From: Phycisphaeraceae bacterium
GTDB lineage: Bacteria > Planctomycetota > Phycisphaerae > Phycisphaerales > Phycisphaeraceae
Length of the DNA: 64,000 nucleotides
NCBI GenBank assembly: GCA_963674705.1
Contig: OY771506.1
Coordinates: forward strand, 1,344,001 to 1,408,000
Reading direction: 5' to 3'
Shown: piece after piece, positions 1-10,306 of the stretch
How positions within the stretch are numbered: position 1 is the stretch's first letter
Layout of the letters: each line of letters starts with the position of its first letter
Program-made: the position numbers and the translations under genes
The notes under the pieces: generated by a model
What the model was told of the DNA's origin: nothing
The model's input: the letters and a program-made list of their open reading frames with translations, nothing else
Databases searched by the model: none

Positions 1-874
1 GTCCGGGCGCGTTGCGGATTGCGAAGCGCTTGGGCGCGGGGTGATCGGATTCGGTAAGGCGTATGCGGCGTCAAAGCCTGACATCGTGTTGATGCTTGGT
101 GATCGTGTGGAGGTGCTGGCGGCGGCAAGCGCGGCGACGGTGGCGGGCGTGCGGATCGCGCATGTGCATGGCGGGGATCGTGCGGAGGGGTTAGCTGACG
201 AAGCGATACGCCATAGTGTGAGTAAGTTGGCGCAGGTGCATTTTGCGGCAACGGCGCTAAGCCGCAAGCGGCTTGTGCGGATGGGGGAAGATGAAGGGGT
301 GGTTTGGTGTGTGGGGTCGCCGGCGGTGGATGGGCTTGATGATGTTGTTGCGGATGAAAATGCACCGCAGTTGACCGTGATGTATCACCCGACATCGGGG
401 GATGCGAAGGTTGAAGCGGGTGTGATGAAGGCGATTCTATCGGCGACGCGTGGGTATGAACGGATCGTCATGATGCCGAACCTTGATGCGGGGGGTGAAG
501 GGATACGTAGTGCGATCAAGTCGGCGAAAGTGAAGCCGGTGGAGCATCTGCCGCGCGATCGGTTTTTGTCTTTGCTTAAAGGTTGCAAAGCGATTGTGGG
601 GAATTCGTCGGCGGGATTGATTGAGGCGGCGGCGCTGCATGTACCTTGTGTGAACATCGGGCCGAGGCAGAACGGGCGGGAGAAGCCGGGGAATGTGATT
701 GATTGCGGGGCGAGTCAGGTTGCGATCGAGCATGCATTGCAGAAGGCGTTGAGTTTTGATTTACGACGGATGGGGCATCCTTACGGGGATGGGCATGCGG
801 GGGAGAAGATCGCGGGCATCCTGGCTAAGGCTGATCTTTCGGATATTCCTTTGCGGAAGCGGAATGCGTATTAG
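1..874 (+). CDS. neuC: UDP-N-acetylglucosamine 2-epimerase (hydrolysing), 5'-truncated by window edge
   Basis: LGDRxE, HVHGGD, GNSSAG, NIGxRQxGR and HPYGDG motifs of the NeuC/epimerase family; frame open to window start. Confidence 0.88.
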   Translation, partial: SGRVADCEALGRGVIGFGKAYAASKPDIVLMLGDRVEVLAAASAATVAGVRIAHVHGGDRAEGLADEAIRHSVSKLAQVHFAATALSRKRLVRMGEDEGVVWCVGSPAVDGLDDVVADENAPQLTVMYHPTSGDAKVEAGVMKAILSATRGYERIVMMPNLDAGGEGIRSAIKSAKVKPVEHLPRDRFLSLLKGCKAIVGNSSAGLIEAAALHVPCVNIGPRQNGREKPGNVIDCGASQVAIEHALQKALSFDLRRMGHPYGDGHAGEKIAGILAKADLSDIPLRKRNAY

Positions 875-883
875 CATGAGGAA

Positions 884-1058
884 TTAGCCACCGATGAACA
901 CGGATGAACACGGATAAGAGGTTTATCCGCAGATTACGCAGATCGTGCAGATTTTTAAAAACAAAATGAATTCTTAATCTGCGACATCCGCGTAATCTGC
1001 GGATAGTTCCTGTCTTCTGCCTTTTTATCTGTGTTCATCGGTGTTAATCGGTGGCTAA
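884..1058. repeat. Nested inverted tandem repeats (10-bp CGGATGAACA arms outside, 9-bp CGCAGATTA arms inside)
   Basis: 884-917 is the reverse complement of 1025-1058; 924-953 pairs with 976-1005. Confidence 0.9.
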
Positions 1059-1090
1059 ACACCTTTTGAAACACGCAACGCATAATCAAT

Positions 1091-1122
1091 CCGGCCCTCT
1101 CCCGGGGGGAGAGGGGGTAAGA
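1091..1122. repeat. REP-like palindrome CCCTCTCCC..GGGAGAGGG
   Basis: Same motif at 27933-28049 and 57945-57980. Confidence 0.8.
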
Positions 1123-1165
1123 CGCTAAGCCGCGAGCGGTTTTGGGGGGCAATTTTTTTTATATG

Positions 1166-1191
1166 GGAACCCGGGGGTGAACCGGGGCGTC
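1166..1191 (+). promoter_or_regulatory. Putative ECF sigma promoter
   Basis: GGAAC-N17-CGTC about 90 bp upstream of the vWA gene. Confidence 0.45.
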
Positions 1192-1277
1192 GAAGGGGGA
1201 GTCCGGGGTATTACATGTGAGTTGTTGCCTGCCGGTGTCGGCGGGTTGGTTGTCCATTTTTGTGAAAGGGGCCTGCG

Positions 1278-2441
1278 ATGCGACATGGGATGATTTGGGT
1301 GTCGGCGTGCCTGGTGTGCGTATTGGTGTTCCAATCGATGGCTGGGGCGCAGCAGCAGAAAGCGGGGCCGATCAAGCAACCGAGGCCGGCGGTGGATGTG
1401 GCGATCTTACTGGACACGAGCAACTCCATGGACGGGCTGATCGAACAAGCCAAGGGGCAATTGTGGACGATCGTGAACGAGTTTGCCGCGGCGAAACGTC
1501 ATGGGCTGACGCCGGTGCTGCGTGTGGCGCTATTTGAGTATGGGAACACGAACCTGCCTGCGAGCGAGGGATACATCCGGCAGGTGGTGCCTTTGACGGA
1601 CGATCTGGATTCGTTGAGCGAAGCGTTATTTGCGTTGACGACCAACGGCGGGGATGAGTATTGCGGGCAGGTGATTGATGAGGCGATCAAGCGACTGGAC
1701 TGGACGAAGGAGCCGAACGCATACAAGGCGATTTTCATCGCGGGCAATGAGCCGTTCACGCAAGGGCCGGTCGATTACAAGCAGGCGTGCGGGTATGCGA
1801 TCCAGAACGGCGTGATCGTGAACACGATCCACTGTGGTGATTACCAGACGGGGATCAAGGGGATGTGGCAGCACGGCGCGTCACTGGCCGAGGGCAACTA
1901 TATGAACATCAACCAGGACGAGGCGGTCGTGCATATCGATGCGCCGCAGGATGCGGAACTGATCAGGCTGAATATCGAACTGAACGCAACATACTTGTGG
2001 TACGGCAAAACGGGCAGGGCGGCCGGGGCGCGTCAGGAAGCACAGGACCGTAATGCGATGAGTTTCGGCAGCTCGAATGCGGCGAACCGAGCCGGGAGCA
2101 AGGCGTCGAGCGTGTACAACAACAGTGCGACCGACCTGGTCGACGCGGTAGATGCGCAAGAGGTTGATCTGGCTAAGGTCGACGAGGCGGATCTGCCCGA
2201 AGCAATGAAGGATATGACGGCGGAACAGCGCGGGGCGTATGTCGCTAAACAGGCGCAGAAGCGAGCCGAGATCAAGAAGAAGATCCTGGAACTGACCGCG
2301 GCGCGTGATACGTATGTCGCGGAGCAGCGCAAGAAGATTGCAGAAGACGGCGACGCGACGCTGGGCGACGTGATGGTGACATCCGTGCGTGAGCAGTTGC
2401 AGGCGGCGGAGTTTGATGTCAAGGACGATGCAACCGAGTGA
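1278..2441 (+). CDS. Secreted vWA-domain protein
   Basis: Signal peptide; MIDAS DTSNSM; TNGGDEYCG and IAGNEPF motifs; C-terminal coiled coil. Confidence 0.85.
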   Translation: MRHGMIWVSACLVCVLVFQSMAGAQQQKAGPIKQPRPAVDVAILLDTSNSMDGLIEQAKGQLWTIVNEFAAAKRHGLTPVLRVALFEYGNTNLPASEGYIRQVVPLTDDLDSLSEALFALTTNGGDEYCGQVIDEAIKRLDWTKEPNAYKAIFIAGNEPFTQGPVDYKQACGYAIQNGVIVNTIHCGDYQTGIKGMWQHGASLAEGNYMNINQDEAVVHIDAPQDAELIRLNIELNATYLWYGKTGRAAGARQEAQDRNAMSFGSSNAANRAGSKASSVYNNSATDLVDAVDAQEVDLAKVDEADLPEAMKDMTAEQRGAYVAKQAQKRAEIKKKILELTAARDTYVAEQRKKIAEDGDATLGDVMVTSVREQLQAAEFDVKDDATE

Positions 2442-2442
2442 G

Positions 2443-3651
2443 TTACGCGGAGAGCGCGGAGGACGCTTCCTCGGGTTTGGGTAGCGCGTTGGGGCGTTCG
2501 AAGTTGTACTCGGCGACGTTGAAGCCGTCGCACTGCGTGATGAACAGGCGCGGGGATTGCTCGGCGAGGTTGATGAGTTGACCCAGCGGCAGGTCTTCAC
2601 GTGTCAGGGCGCCGGGGTCGGGGATTAACTGGATGATCGGTCGGCACGGCCGCAGGGGGTGATGATCAATCACAACGGCGTGCCGGCCGTCATTTAATAC
2701 GACGATCGAACCGGGCGCGTAAGGCGGGACGACGCACAGCAGCGCGTCGAGCACCTGCGGATCGTAGCGCTGTATGAGTGGCGATTCGAGCATGCATCGT
2801 AGCGCCCAGACGGTGGGTTGCGCCGGGCAGTTGGGTGGGTTGCGCAGGCGGTCGAACTGATCGGCGACGGTGACGATCCGCGTGAAGACGTGGATGCGCT
2901 TCTGGTACATCACGGGGAAGCCTTTGCCGGCGAATCCTGTGCCGTCGTAGTGTTGATGGTGATGCAGGACGGTGGAGGCGGCGGTGGCGCTGACGTTGCC
3001 GCGGACCAGGCGGTAGCCGAGTGCGGGATGTTCGCGCCAGGCGGGGTCGGACTCGTCGCCGGTTTCGTAGTATTTTTGTCGGACGGCTTCGGGCAAGAGC
3101 GTCATGCCGATATCGTGCAGCATCGCGCCGATGCCGAGGTTCACGACTTCGGCGGCGCGTGTGGGGTCGACGTGTTTTCGTTCGCGGACGAGATAGCCTT
3201 CGAGTTTCAGGCCCATCAGCAGCGCCAGGTAAGTGACGCTGGAGCTGTGGCGCATCAGATCATCGTCGGACTCGTTAAGGTCGCCGAGGAACACGGCGGA
3301 CTGGGGATGTGTGATCAGTTGATGGACGAGTTCACCGATGGACTTGGTGTACAGGTGGTACGGGAGCTTGGCCGAGGCCTGGCTCTGCATGTTCTGGAAG
3401 GTCTTGGTGATCTGGCCTGCGACGGCGGTCTGTGACTGGATGGTTTCCTGGTTGATGACGTCGGCGAGGAAGGAGAGGCTAGGGTAACCGACCCAGAGCG
3501 TTCGGACGCGCAGGGCGATGAGCTTGTTGATGGTTTCGATCGAGAGTTTGTACCCGACGCGCAGCAGCAGGCGTGTAGGCGCTTCGGGCAACTGCACGGG
3601 CAGCGCTAGCGTCATGCCTGGTTTGGCGTTACGGGTTTCGATTCGAAGCAT
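2443..3651 (-). CDS. HD-GYP domain protein (variant GFA motif)
   Basis: HDIG, HP..GY, HHQHYDGTGFA and VADQFD motifs. Confidence 0.85.
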   Translation of the reverse strand: MLRIETRNAKPGMTLALPVQLPEAPTRLLLRVGYKLSIETINKLIALRVRTLWVGYPSLSFLADVINQETIQSQTAVAGQITKTFQNMQSQASAKLPYHLYTKSIGELVHQLITHPQSAVFLGDLNESDDDLMRHSSSVTYLALLMGLKLEGYLVRERKHVDPTRAAEVVNLGIGAMLHDIGMTLLPEAVRQKYYETGDESDPAWREHPALGYRLVRGNVSATAASTVLHHHQHYDGTGFAGKGFPVMYQKRIHVFTRIVTVADQFDRLRNPPNCPAQPTVWALRCMLESPLIQRYDPQVLDALLCVVPPYAPGSIVVLNDGRHAVVIDHHPLRPCRPIIQLIPDPGALTREDLPLGQLINLAEQSPRLFITQCDGFNVAEYNFERPNALPKPEEASSALSA

Positions 3652-3905
3652 AGTTCTCCCCTGCCGTCTCCACTAGAGACTTCGGCTATCGGAGGTGGTG
3701 CCTTGACGGTCCGGCAAGGTTGATGGGTCGTATCGGGGGGCGTCGTGGGCGGTAGAATGGGCGTAATCAATTGAGACGGTCTAATCGTTATAACCGTTAC
3801 AAACGGACTTCAGGCTAATTCATGGGGGTCCGATGCTGCACGGACGGCCAATAACCGATATGCTTGATACGTTAACCTCTTGAGCGGGAACACTGGAGGT
3901 GTTTG

Positions 3906-4376
3906 ATGCATGACGATCAACAGATGTTGGAACTGGCGGCGCGTGTGATCAGCGAGTCGTTCGTGGGTGTGTTTACCACGACGGACACGAACGCTGCGCC
4001 GTTCAGCCGATGGATGGGTGCCGTGGCCGAAGACGAGGGCTTGCACCGGCTCTATAGCCTCAGCGCCAAGGATACGCGCAAGATCCAGCACCTGGAGAAG
4101 AACCCGGCGATCAGTTGGGTGTTCGGTGTGCCGCCGTACGACACGACGGTGATGCTGCGGGGCCGAGCGCATTGTGCCGAGACACCGAACGTGCCCCAGC
4201 CGACGTGGGACCGCCTGGCGGACTGGGCCCGGCCGTATGCGGCGAACGTGTTGACGGATGACTCACACTACAGTTTCTCGGTGATCGTTTCAGATATCCA
4301 CACGGTCGAGCTGCTGAGCCCGAAGATGGGGATCAAGTCGCCGCACGTGATCAAGCTGGACAAGCTGGCGGAATAG
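3906..4376 (+). CDS. Pyridoxamine 5'-phosphate oxidase-like FMN-binding / general stress protein
   Basis: PFSRWM and RKIQHLEKNPAIS split-barrel motifs; GGAGG RBS. Confidence 0.7.
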   Translation: MHDDQQMLELAARVISESFVGVFTTTDTNAAPFSRWMGAVAEDEGLHRLYSLSAKDTRKIQHLEKNPAISWVFGVPPYDTTVMLRGRAHCAETPNVPQPTWDRLADWARPYAANVLTDDSHYSFSVIVSDIHTVELLSPKMGIKSPHVIKLDKLAE

Positions 4377-4399
4377 GATCGGCAGCCATTAGCTAAGAG

Positions 4400-5332
4400 C
4401 TATGGGTTTTGTTGTGCGCTATCGTTGTTGTTGTGCGCGGCTGCCGGGGCGGGTTTGGGTTTATTTTTGTATTGGACCATGGCGACGGAGGCCAGGACAC
4501 CGAGCAGCGCGATGACCTGGCGGAACGTGATGGTTTCGTTGTCGACGCTTCCCCAGGCCAGTGCGCCGAGGGGGATGACGTACGTGACCATGCCTGCATA
4601 CAAGGGGCCGCGCGTCTGGACCATGTTGTAGAAGATGACGGTAGCGACACCTGTTCCGACGACACCGAGCCAGATTAATATCGCGGTAGCGGTGAGAAGT
4701 TGCGTGGTGGTAACGGGCTTCACGCCTTCGGTGCCGACACCGATGGGTGTGAGTACGATGCTTGAAAGACCGAGGATCATCGCCGTCATGTAGAGCGAGG
4801 GCATGTCGGAGAGTCTGCGTTTGATAAACGTATTGCTGCATGCGTAGCTGGTCGGCACGAGCACAGCAAGAGTCAGGTCCCACGCGGAGACGCCGCGCAA
4901 CCCGCCGTCGTGCATCAGCAGCATCATGCACACGAGCCCGAAGAGCACGCCGACCGCTTCGCGCCAAGTCGGGAGGATGCGCAGCATGGGTATGGAAACG
5001 ATCGCGGTTAACAACGGTACAAGCGCGGGCATCATGCCGAAGAAGGCGCTGTCCTGGTGTTTGGTTATCAGGTACGGCTGCATGGCGTAGGGGTAGCACG
5101 AGCCGATGATGACGGGTATGAGTAGCGCCACCCACTGAGCGCGTGTGGTCGTACTTGGCGCGCCCCGTGTTTTGGGGTTTGTGAAAAACCAGAAGAACCA
5201 GAGCACGACCGCCCCACCGAGCACCCGACCGGCGGCGATGCCGATCGGTCCGAACGCGGCGCCGGCCCACTTCATCAGGATGAAGTTGCTGCCCCAGATC
5301 AGGCAGATCATGATGAACAGCACGTGATGCAT
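4400..5332 (-). CDS. DMT/EamA family transporter
   Basis: IWGSNF start, about 10 hydrophobic segments, two EamA repeats. Confidence 0.9.
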   Translation of the reverse strand: MHHVLFIMICLIWGSNFILMKWAGAAFGPIGIAAGRVLGGAVVLWFFWFFTNPKTRGAPSTTTRAQWVALLIPVIIGSCYPYAMQPYLITKHQDSAFFGMMPALVPLLTAIVSIPMLRILPTWREAVGVLFGLVCMMLLMHDGGLRGVSAWDLTLAVLVPTSYACSNTFIKRRLSDMPSLYMTAMILGLSSIVLTPIGVGTEGVKPVTTTQLLTATAILIWLGVVGTGVATVIFYNMVQTRGPLYAGMVTYVIPLGALAWGSVDNETITFRQVIALLGVLASVAMVQYKNKPKPAPAAAHNNNDSAQQNP

Positions 5333-5625
5333 GCGTGTGGGTCCGTATCAGCGGGTGGTCAGCCGTGATTATGACGGCGTGAACGGTTCGTGTCTTAACG
5401 CGAGGGTGAGGCGTGCTAGCAGGTCGCCATACGCTTGTCAAGCGAAAAGCCTGCAATCCTAGGTGTTTTTAAGTGTTTTTGCGTTGTTCATATGTTGGGG
5501 ATGCGCGTTATGATTGTGACGTGCAATAAGTAGTAAGATATAGGGGTAGAAAAAAATTCATAAAGACGGCTCGCACAAGCCGGGGGATTCACGCTATATT
5601 AGCCGTCTGGTGGGAGCACCCGGAA

Positions 5626-6663
5626 TTGCGTAGAAGTCAAAAGCCCATAGTGATAGCCGCACGAACCAGCCCACTGGCGCGCGCGCAAGCAGAGCTTGTT
5701 GGACAAGCTTTAAATCGACTGCACCCGAAGATCGAGGTGCGTTATCAATTTGTACAGACACGCGGGGATGAACTTGAAGACCGTTCGCTGGCCGATCACG
5801 GCGGTAAAGGTCTGTTCACACGTGAAGTGGAACAGCTTTTGTTGACCGGTGACGCGGACCTGGCGGTCCACAGCCTCAAGGACCTGCCTGCGACGGATAC
5901 GACCGGCCTGTGCCTCGCGGCCGTGCCAAGGCGTAACGATGTACGGGATTGCCTGATCAGCGCCGATGGCGTTACATCGCTTGCGGACCTGCCTGAGGGT
6001 GCTGTCATCGGCACGGCGAGCCCGCGCCGGGCGTCTCAACTGCTGAAATTGCGGCCTGACCTGACGGTAGGCCTGTTGCGAGGCAATGTGCAGACACGCC
6101 TGGATAAGGTGCTCAATCCCCCGCAACCCAGACGATACGACGCGACGCTCATGGCGATTGCGGGCCTGAAACGCCTGGGGCTTGAACAGCACACGCAGCA
6201 CGCGATCCCCGTTGAGGACATCATGCCCTCGGCCTGTCAGGGAGCGCTGGCGGTGCAATGCCGGGCAAATGACCATGTAACGCTTACACGTTGCTTGCCG
6301 TTGAATAACCCCGAAGCGTCGACGGCGGTGCATGCCGAGCGTCAGGTGATCGCGGGTTTGGGTGCCAACTGCCACAGCCCGCTTGCTGTGCTGGCCGAGC
6401 AAGCCAAGCAGCCGCCGACGCCTGCTAAGCGCAATGCTGATGCCCACTGGTTCCGCCTGCGTATCCGCGTTCTTTCTGCCGATGGCAGCCAGTGCCTGGA
6501 AGTGGACGAGCAGGTCAAGACCAAGGACCTGCGTCGGCTGGTCAAGCAGTCGATCAAGGACCTGAAAGAACGTGGCGCCCGTGAATTGTTGAAGACCGGC
6601 CACGAGATCGCCCCCCTGCCGGTCGGTTCCGCGATCCAGGCGACAACGAATCAATCCGCCTAG
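5626..6663 (+). CDS. hemC: Hydroxymethylbilane synthase
   Basis: SPLARAQ, GKGLFTRE, AVHSLKD, GTASPRR, RGNVQTRL motifs and cofactor Cys (GANCHSP). Confidence 0.96.
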   Translation: MRRSQKPIVIAARTSPLARAQAELVGQALNRLHPKIEVRYQFVQTRGDELEDRSLADHGGKGLFTREVEQLLLTGDADLAVHSLKDLPATDTTGLCLAAVPRRNDVRDCLISADGVTSLADLPEGAVIGTASPRRASQLLKLRPDLTVGLLRGNVQTRLDKVLNPPQPRRYDATLMAIAGLKRLGLEQHTQHAIPVEDIMPSACQGALAVQCRANDHVTLTRCLPLNNPEASTAVHAERQVIAGLGANCHSPLAVLAEQAKQPPTPAKRNADAHWFRLRIRVLSADGSQCLEVDEQVKTKDLRRLVKQSIKDLKERGARELLKTGHEIAPLPVGSAIQATTNQSA

Positions 6664-6832
6664 GGCGTTTGCGGCCGGGCCCGAGCCTTGCCGATAAGTT
6701 AACGTAAATCCATGTGTAGAAAAGGTTTTCGGTTGACCATGTCCTGTGCGCACACAAGGATATCAAGGTCCGTTGGATTTCGTTATACTACCCGGCTCGC
6801 AATCATTCACCCCCTTATCTGGAGTTTTAACG

Positions 6833-7606
6833 GTGGCAGCGCGGAAACCTTACGTCGGCGGTAACTGGAAGATGAATCTCAACGGCCAGCAGGCTCAGGC
6901 GCTGGCGAAAGAGTTGGCGGACGGCTTCAAGGCCGGTGACAAGGTCGAGGCGGTTGTCTGCCCCGCGTTCCCCTACCTTGAAAAAGTTGCCTCCGCCCTT
7001 TCCAGCAGCCCGATCAAGGTCGGCGCCCAGGACTTCTACACCCAGCCCAACGGCGCTTTCACCGGCGAAGTCAGCCTGGAAATGCTCAAGGATGTGGGTG
7101 TCAGCGTCGTGCTGGTCGGTCACTCCGAACGTCGTCATGTGATCGGTGAGACCGATCCGCTGCTCAACGACAAGACCCTGGCGGCCCTGGAAGCCGGGAT
7201 GGAAGTTATTTTGTGTATTGGTGAGAAGATCGAGCAACGTGAGGCCGGCAAGACCGACCTCATTAATGCCGGGCAACTAGGTTACGGCCTGGCGGGCGTG
7301 TCGGCTGAGCAGATGGCGAAGGTGACCATCGCTTACGAACCGGTCTGGGCGATCGGTACGGGCAAGACGGCCACGCCTCAGGACGCCCAGGAAACGCACA
7401 AGGCGATCCGTGCCGCCGTCGCGTTCCTCTACAACAACAGCGTCGCAGACGCGGTGCGTATCCAGTACGGCGGCTCCTGCAAGCCCTCCAACGCCAACGA
7501 ACTGTTCGCCCAGCCGGACATCGATGGCGGCCTGATCGGTGGTGCGGCCCTGAAGAGCGCGGACTTCCTGGGCATCCTCCAGGCCGCGGCTGACAACGCC
7601 GGCTGA
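6833..7606 (+). CDS. tpiA: Triosephosphate isomerase
   Basis: GGNWKMN, GHSERR, AYEPVWAIGTG, YGGS motifs; GTG start at 6833 after GGAG. Confidence 0.97.
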   Translation: MAARKPYVGGNWKMNLNGQQAQALAKELADGFKAGDKVEAVVCPAFPYLEKVASALSSSPIKVGAQDFYTQPNGAFTGEVSLEMLKDVGVSVVLVGHSERRHVIGETDPLLNDKTLAALEAGMEVILCIGEKIEQREAGKTDLINAGQLGYGLAGVSAEQMAKVTIAYEPVWAIGTGKTATPQDAQETHKAIRAAVAFLYNNSVADAVRIQYGGSCKPSNANELFAQPDIDGGLIGGAALKSADFLGILQAAADNAG

Positions 7607-7657
7607 TCGGTCTAAAATTACCCTGAGTCGTAACGTCGCATCCCTAGAGACTTATCC

Positions 7658-8167
7658 ATGCTCCTGACACTCGGTGCTAGTTGGCTTGTTTCGGTTATGG
7701 CGACGCTGTTCGTCCTGACCTGCGTCTTCATGATGCTGGTGATCCTGATCCAGAAGCCTAAAGGCGGCGGGCTCAGCGGCGCGTTCGGCGGGGCCGGCGG
7801 ATCAGCACAGGCGGCGTTCGGCGCCAAAACCGGCGATCTGTTGACCATGATCACGATCGGCTGCTTCGTCGCCTTTTTAGGCCTGGCGATCGGTCTGGTC
7901 TACGCAATCCGTGCTGAGGTCGCGCCGCCCCAGACTAAGGTGGTCGACACGACTGACACAACCGCACCGGCCAGCGGATCGACCGGCACGAGCTCAACAA
8001 CGAGCCAAGACGCATCCCCCTCGACGGCTGCGGCTGAAGAGGCAACCGATTCGCAAGCGTCACAGCCGGCCGCCGAGGTCGAAAACGAGTCGGAAATGGA
8101 TGTATTAGGTACCCCCAGTGACCAATCGGCGCCGGTTGAGGACACCGAGCCCGTGACCCAACCCTGA
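7658..8167 (+). CDS. secG: Preprotein translocase SecG with long low-complexity tail
   Basis: [17 protein letters not shown] motif, two TM segments, follows tpiA. Confidence 0.93.
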   Translation: MLLTLGASWLVSVMATLFVLTCVFMMLVILIQKPKGGGLSGAFGGAGGSAQAAFGAKTGDLLTMITIGCFVAFLGLAIGLVYAIRAEVAPPQTKVVDTTDTTAPASGSTGTSSTTSQDASPSTAAAEEATDSQASQPAAEVENESEMDVLGTPSDQSAPVEDTEPVTQP

Positions 8168-8186
8168 TCCTCCTGGAGCGACGCCC

Positions 8187-9083
8187 TTGATCCGTTCGAT
8201 GACCGGCTTCGGCGACGCAGCTATACAGGCCGACGGCGTCCATTACAGCGTCGAATTACGCAGCCTGAATAACAAGTACTTCAAGTGCCTGATCCGCCTG
8301 CCCGAGTTGTTTCAGGGCATGGAGGCCGAGCTGGAATCGCAGCTGCGCAAGCGGGTGTCGCGTGGTTCTTTCACGCTGAGCGTCAAGTACAAGGCCGGGG
8401 ACGATCAGTCCATCTCGAAAGTCAACGAGGAGGCGATCCTGACATACCTGGATCACCTTGAGACGATCCACGCAAAGATCCAGGACCGGTCGGTGCAGAT
8501 CGACCTGACGCAACTGTTGGCGCTGCCGGGTGTGTTGAAGCCGGCGCAGGATGATGCGTTGTTGCTGACCAGGAGCAAGCCGGTGATCGGCAAGCTGCTG
8601 GATGAGGCGACGGACCGCCTGCTGTCGATGCGGAATACGGAAGGTCAGGCACTGGCGGATGATCTGCTCAAGCACCTGGGGCTGATCGTGGACCGGATGA
8701 AGCAGATCGGCGAACGGGCGCCGCTGGTGATTGATGAGTATCAGGAGCGGCTGCGTTCGCGCATGGATGAGTTGCTGGCCAAGGCGGAGTTGAAGGCGGA
8801 CGAGACGATCCTGATCCGCGAGGTGGCGGTGTTCGCGGAGCGGGCGGATATCAGTGAAGAGGTTTCGCGGATGGCGGGGCATGTCGCCCAGTTCGAAGAG
8901 ATCATCCGCAACGGCAAGGACACGGAGCCGGTCGGCCGTACGCTGGACTTTTTGGCGCAGGAGATGCTGCGTGAGGCGAACACGATCGGCAGCAAGAGCA
9001 ACGACGCGCAGATCAGCCGGGCCATGATCGAGGCCAAGAGCGCGATCGATCGGATCAAGGAACAGGTCCAGAACGTCGAGTGA
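8187..9083 (+). CDS. yicC: YicC/YloC family endoribonuclease
   Basis: SMTGFG start; GRTLDFLAQEMLREANTIGSKS and EQVQNVE C-terminus. Confidence 0.95.
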   Translation: MIRSMTGFGDAAIQADGVHYSVELRSLNNKYFKCLIRLPELFQGMEAELESQLRKRVSRGSFTLSVKYKAGDDQSISKVNEEAILTYLDHLETIHAKIQDRSVQIDLTQLLALPGVLKPAQDDALLLTRSKPVIGKLLDEATDRLLSMRNTEGQALADDLLKHLGLIVDRMKQIGERAPLVIDEYQERLRSRMDELLAKAELKADETILIREVAVFAERADISEEVSRMAGHVAQFEEIIRNGKDTEPVGRTLDFLAQEMLREANTIGSKSNDAQISRAMIEAKSAIDRIKEQVQNVE

Positions 9084-9141
9084 TGGTGGTCACTTCGGCG
9101 TGAACTAACAGCGAACGGGGGGACATTTGCGGCAGGTGGAC

Positions 9142-10305
9142 ATGGACGAGGAGCAACGGCCGGAACTGGCGACGACGGCAGGCGCCGATGATGTGAAGTC
9201 ATCGGGGACGTCGGTGTCGGGGTTGTCGGCGATCGGGAGCATGACGGTCGACGCGGAGGGCCGGCAGGTCTTTGCCGCCGAAGAGCTTGCGATCGTTTTG
9301 TCGCACTACCGGGTGGGTCTGATCAACATGGTCAAGCAGTTTAAGCGCGGTTCTCGTAAAGCGCCGAAGCTGGTGATCCGTTCGGATATGGGTCTGTTTC
9401 TTCTCAAACGCCGGGCACATGGCCGGGATGATCCGTACAAGGTGGCGTTTACGCACGGTGTGCAGTTGCGATTGGCGGAACAGGGTTTCCCCCTGCCGAA
9501 GCTGATCGGGACGCGCCGCGAGAACAACTCGATGGTGCAGTACAAAGGCTCGGTGTATGAGCTGTTCGAGTTCGTGCGTGGCGGGGAGTATGACAAATCA
9601 ATCGAGGCGACCGCTGATGCGGGGCTGACGCTGTGCAAGTTCCACAGTCTGCTGTCGGATTACAAGCCGCACTATCAACCGCCGCGCGGGACGTATCACG
9701 GGGCGCAGGTGGTGCTGGATGCGCACCAGAAGCTGCCGGAGGTATTGAACCGTCATGAAAACGGCAATCCGTCGGCCGACCCGGCGCGGGTGCAGCAGAT
9801 CGTGGATGAGCTGGATGGCTATTACCGGGAGGCGGCGGGCGAGGCGGACAACCTGAGCCTGCGCGAATGGCCCAAGCAGATAGGCCACAGCGACTGGCAC
9901 CCGGGGAACATGCTGTTTGACGGCTCGAAGGTGTCGGCGGTGATCGATTACGACTCGGCGCGCCTGATGCCGAGGATCATTGATGTGGCGAACGGGGCGC
10001 TACAATTCTCGGTGCTGCGGACCGATGATGAGATTTACAACTGGCCGGAACATCTGGATGAAGATCGTTACCGCGCGTTTTTTGCGGGCTATTATTCTGT
10101 GCCGGGCGGCGGGTTGACGGATGCGGAGCGGCGCGTGCTGCCCTGGTTGATGATCCAGGCGATGATCGCTGAGAGCGTGATTCCTGTGTCGACGACGGGC
10201 AAGTTCGCGCAGATCAACGGAACGGACTTTTTGCAGATGGCGTTACGCAAGGTGCGCTGGCTGCACGATCATCACGAGAAACTGACCGCGTATGTGAGCG
10301 CTTGA
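9142..10305 (+). CDS. APH/type II homoserine-kinase-like phosphotransferase
   Basis: HSDWHPGNMLF (Brenner motif) and VIDYD; start uncertain (9127/9136/9142). Confidence 0.8.
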   Translation: MDEEQRPELATTAGADDVKSSGTSVSGLSAIGSMTVDAEGRQVFAAEELAIVLSHYRVGLINMVKQFKRGSRKAPKLVIRSDMGLFLLKRRAHGRDDPYKVAFTHGVQLRLAEQGFPLPKLIGTRRENNSMVQYKGSVYELFEFVRGGEYDKSIEATADAGLTLCKFHSLLSDYKPHYQPPRGTYHGAQVVLDAHQKLPEVLNRHENGNPSADPARVQQIVDELDGYYREAAGEADNLSLREWPKQIGHSDWHPGNMLFDGSKVSAVIDYDSARLMPRIIDVANGALQFSVLRTDDEIYNWPEHLDEDRYRAFFAGYYSVPGGGLTDAERRVLPWLMIQAMIAESVIPVSTTGKFAQINGTDFLQMALRKVRWLHDHHEKLTAYVSA

Positions 10306-10306
10306 T

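Noticed and set aside
6690..6697. GCCGATAA boxes at 6690, about 35306 and 42759
   Set aside because: No matching -35 element at the spacing seen in the other sites.
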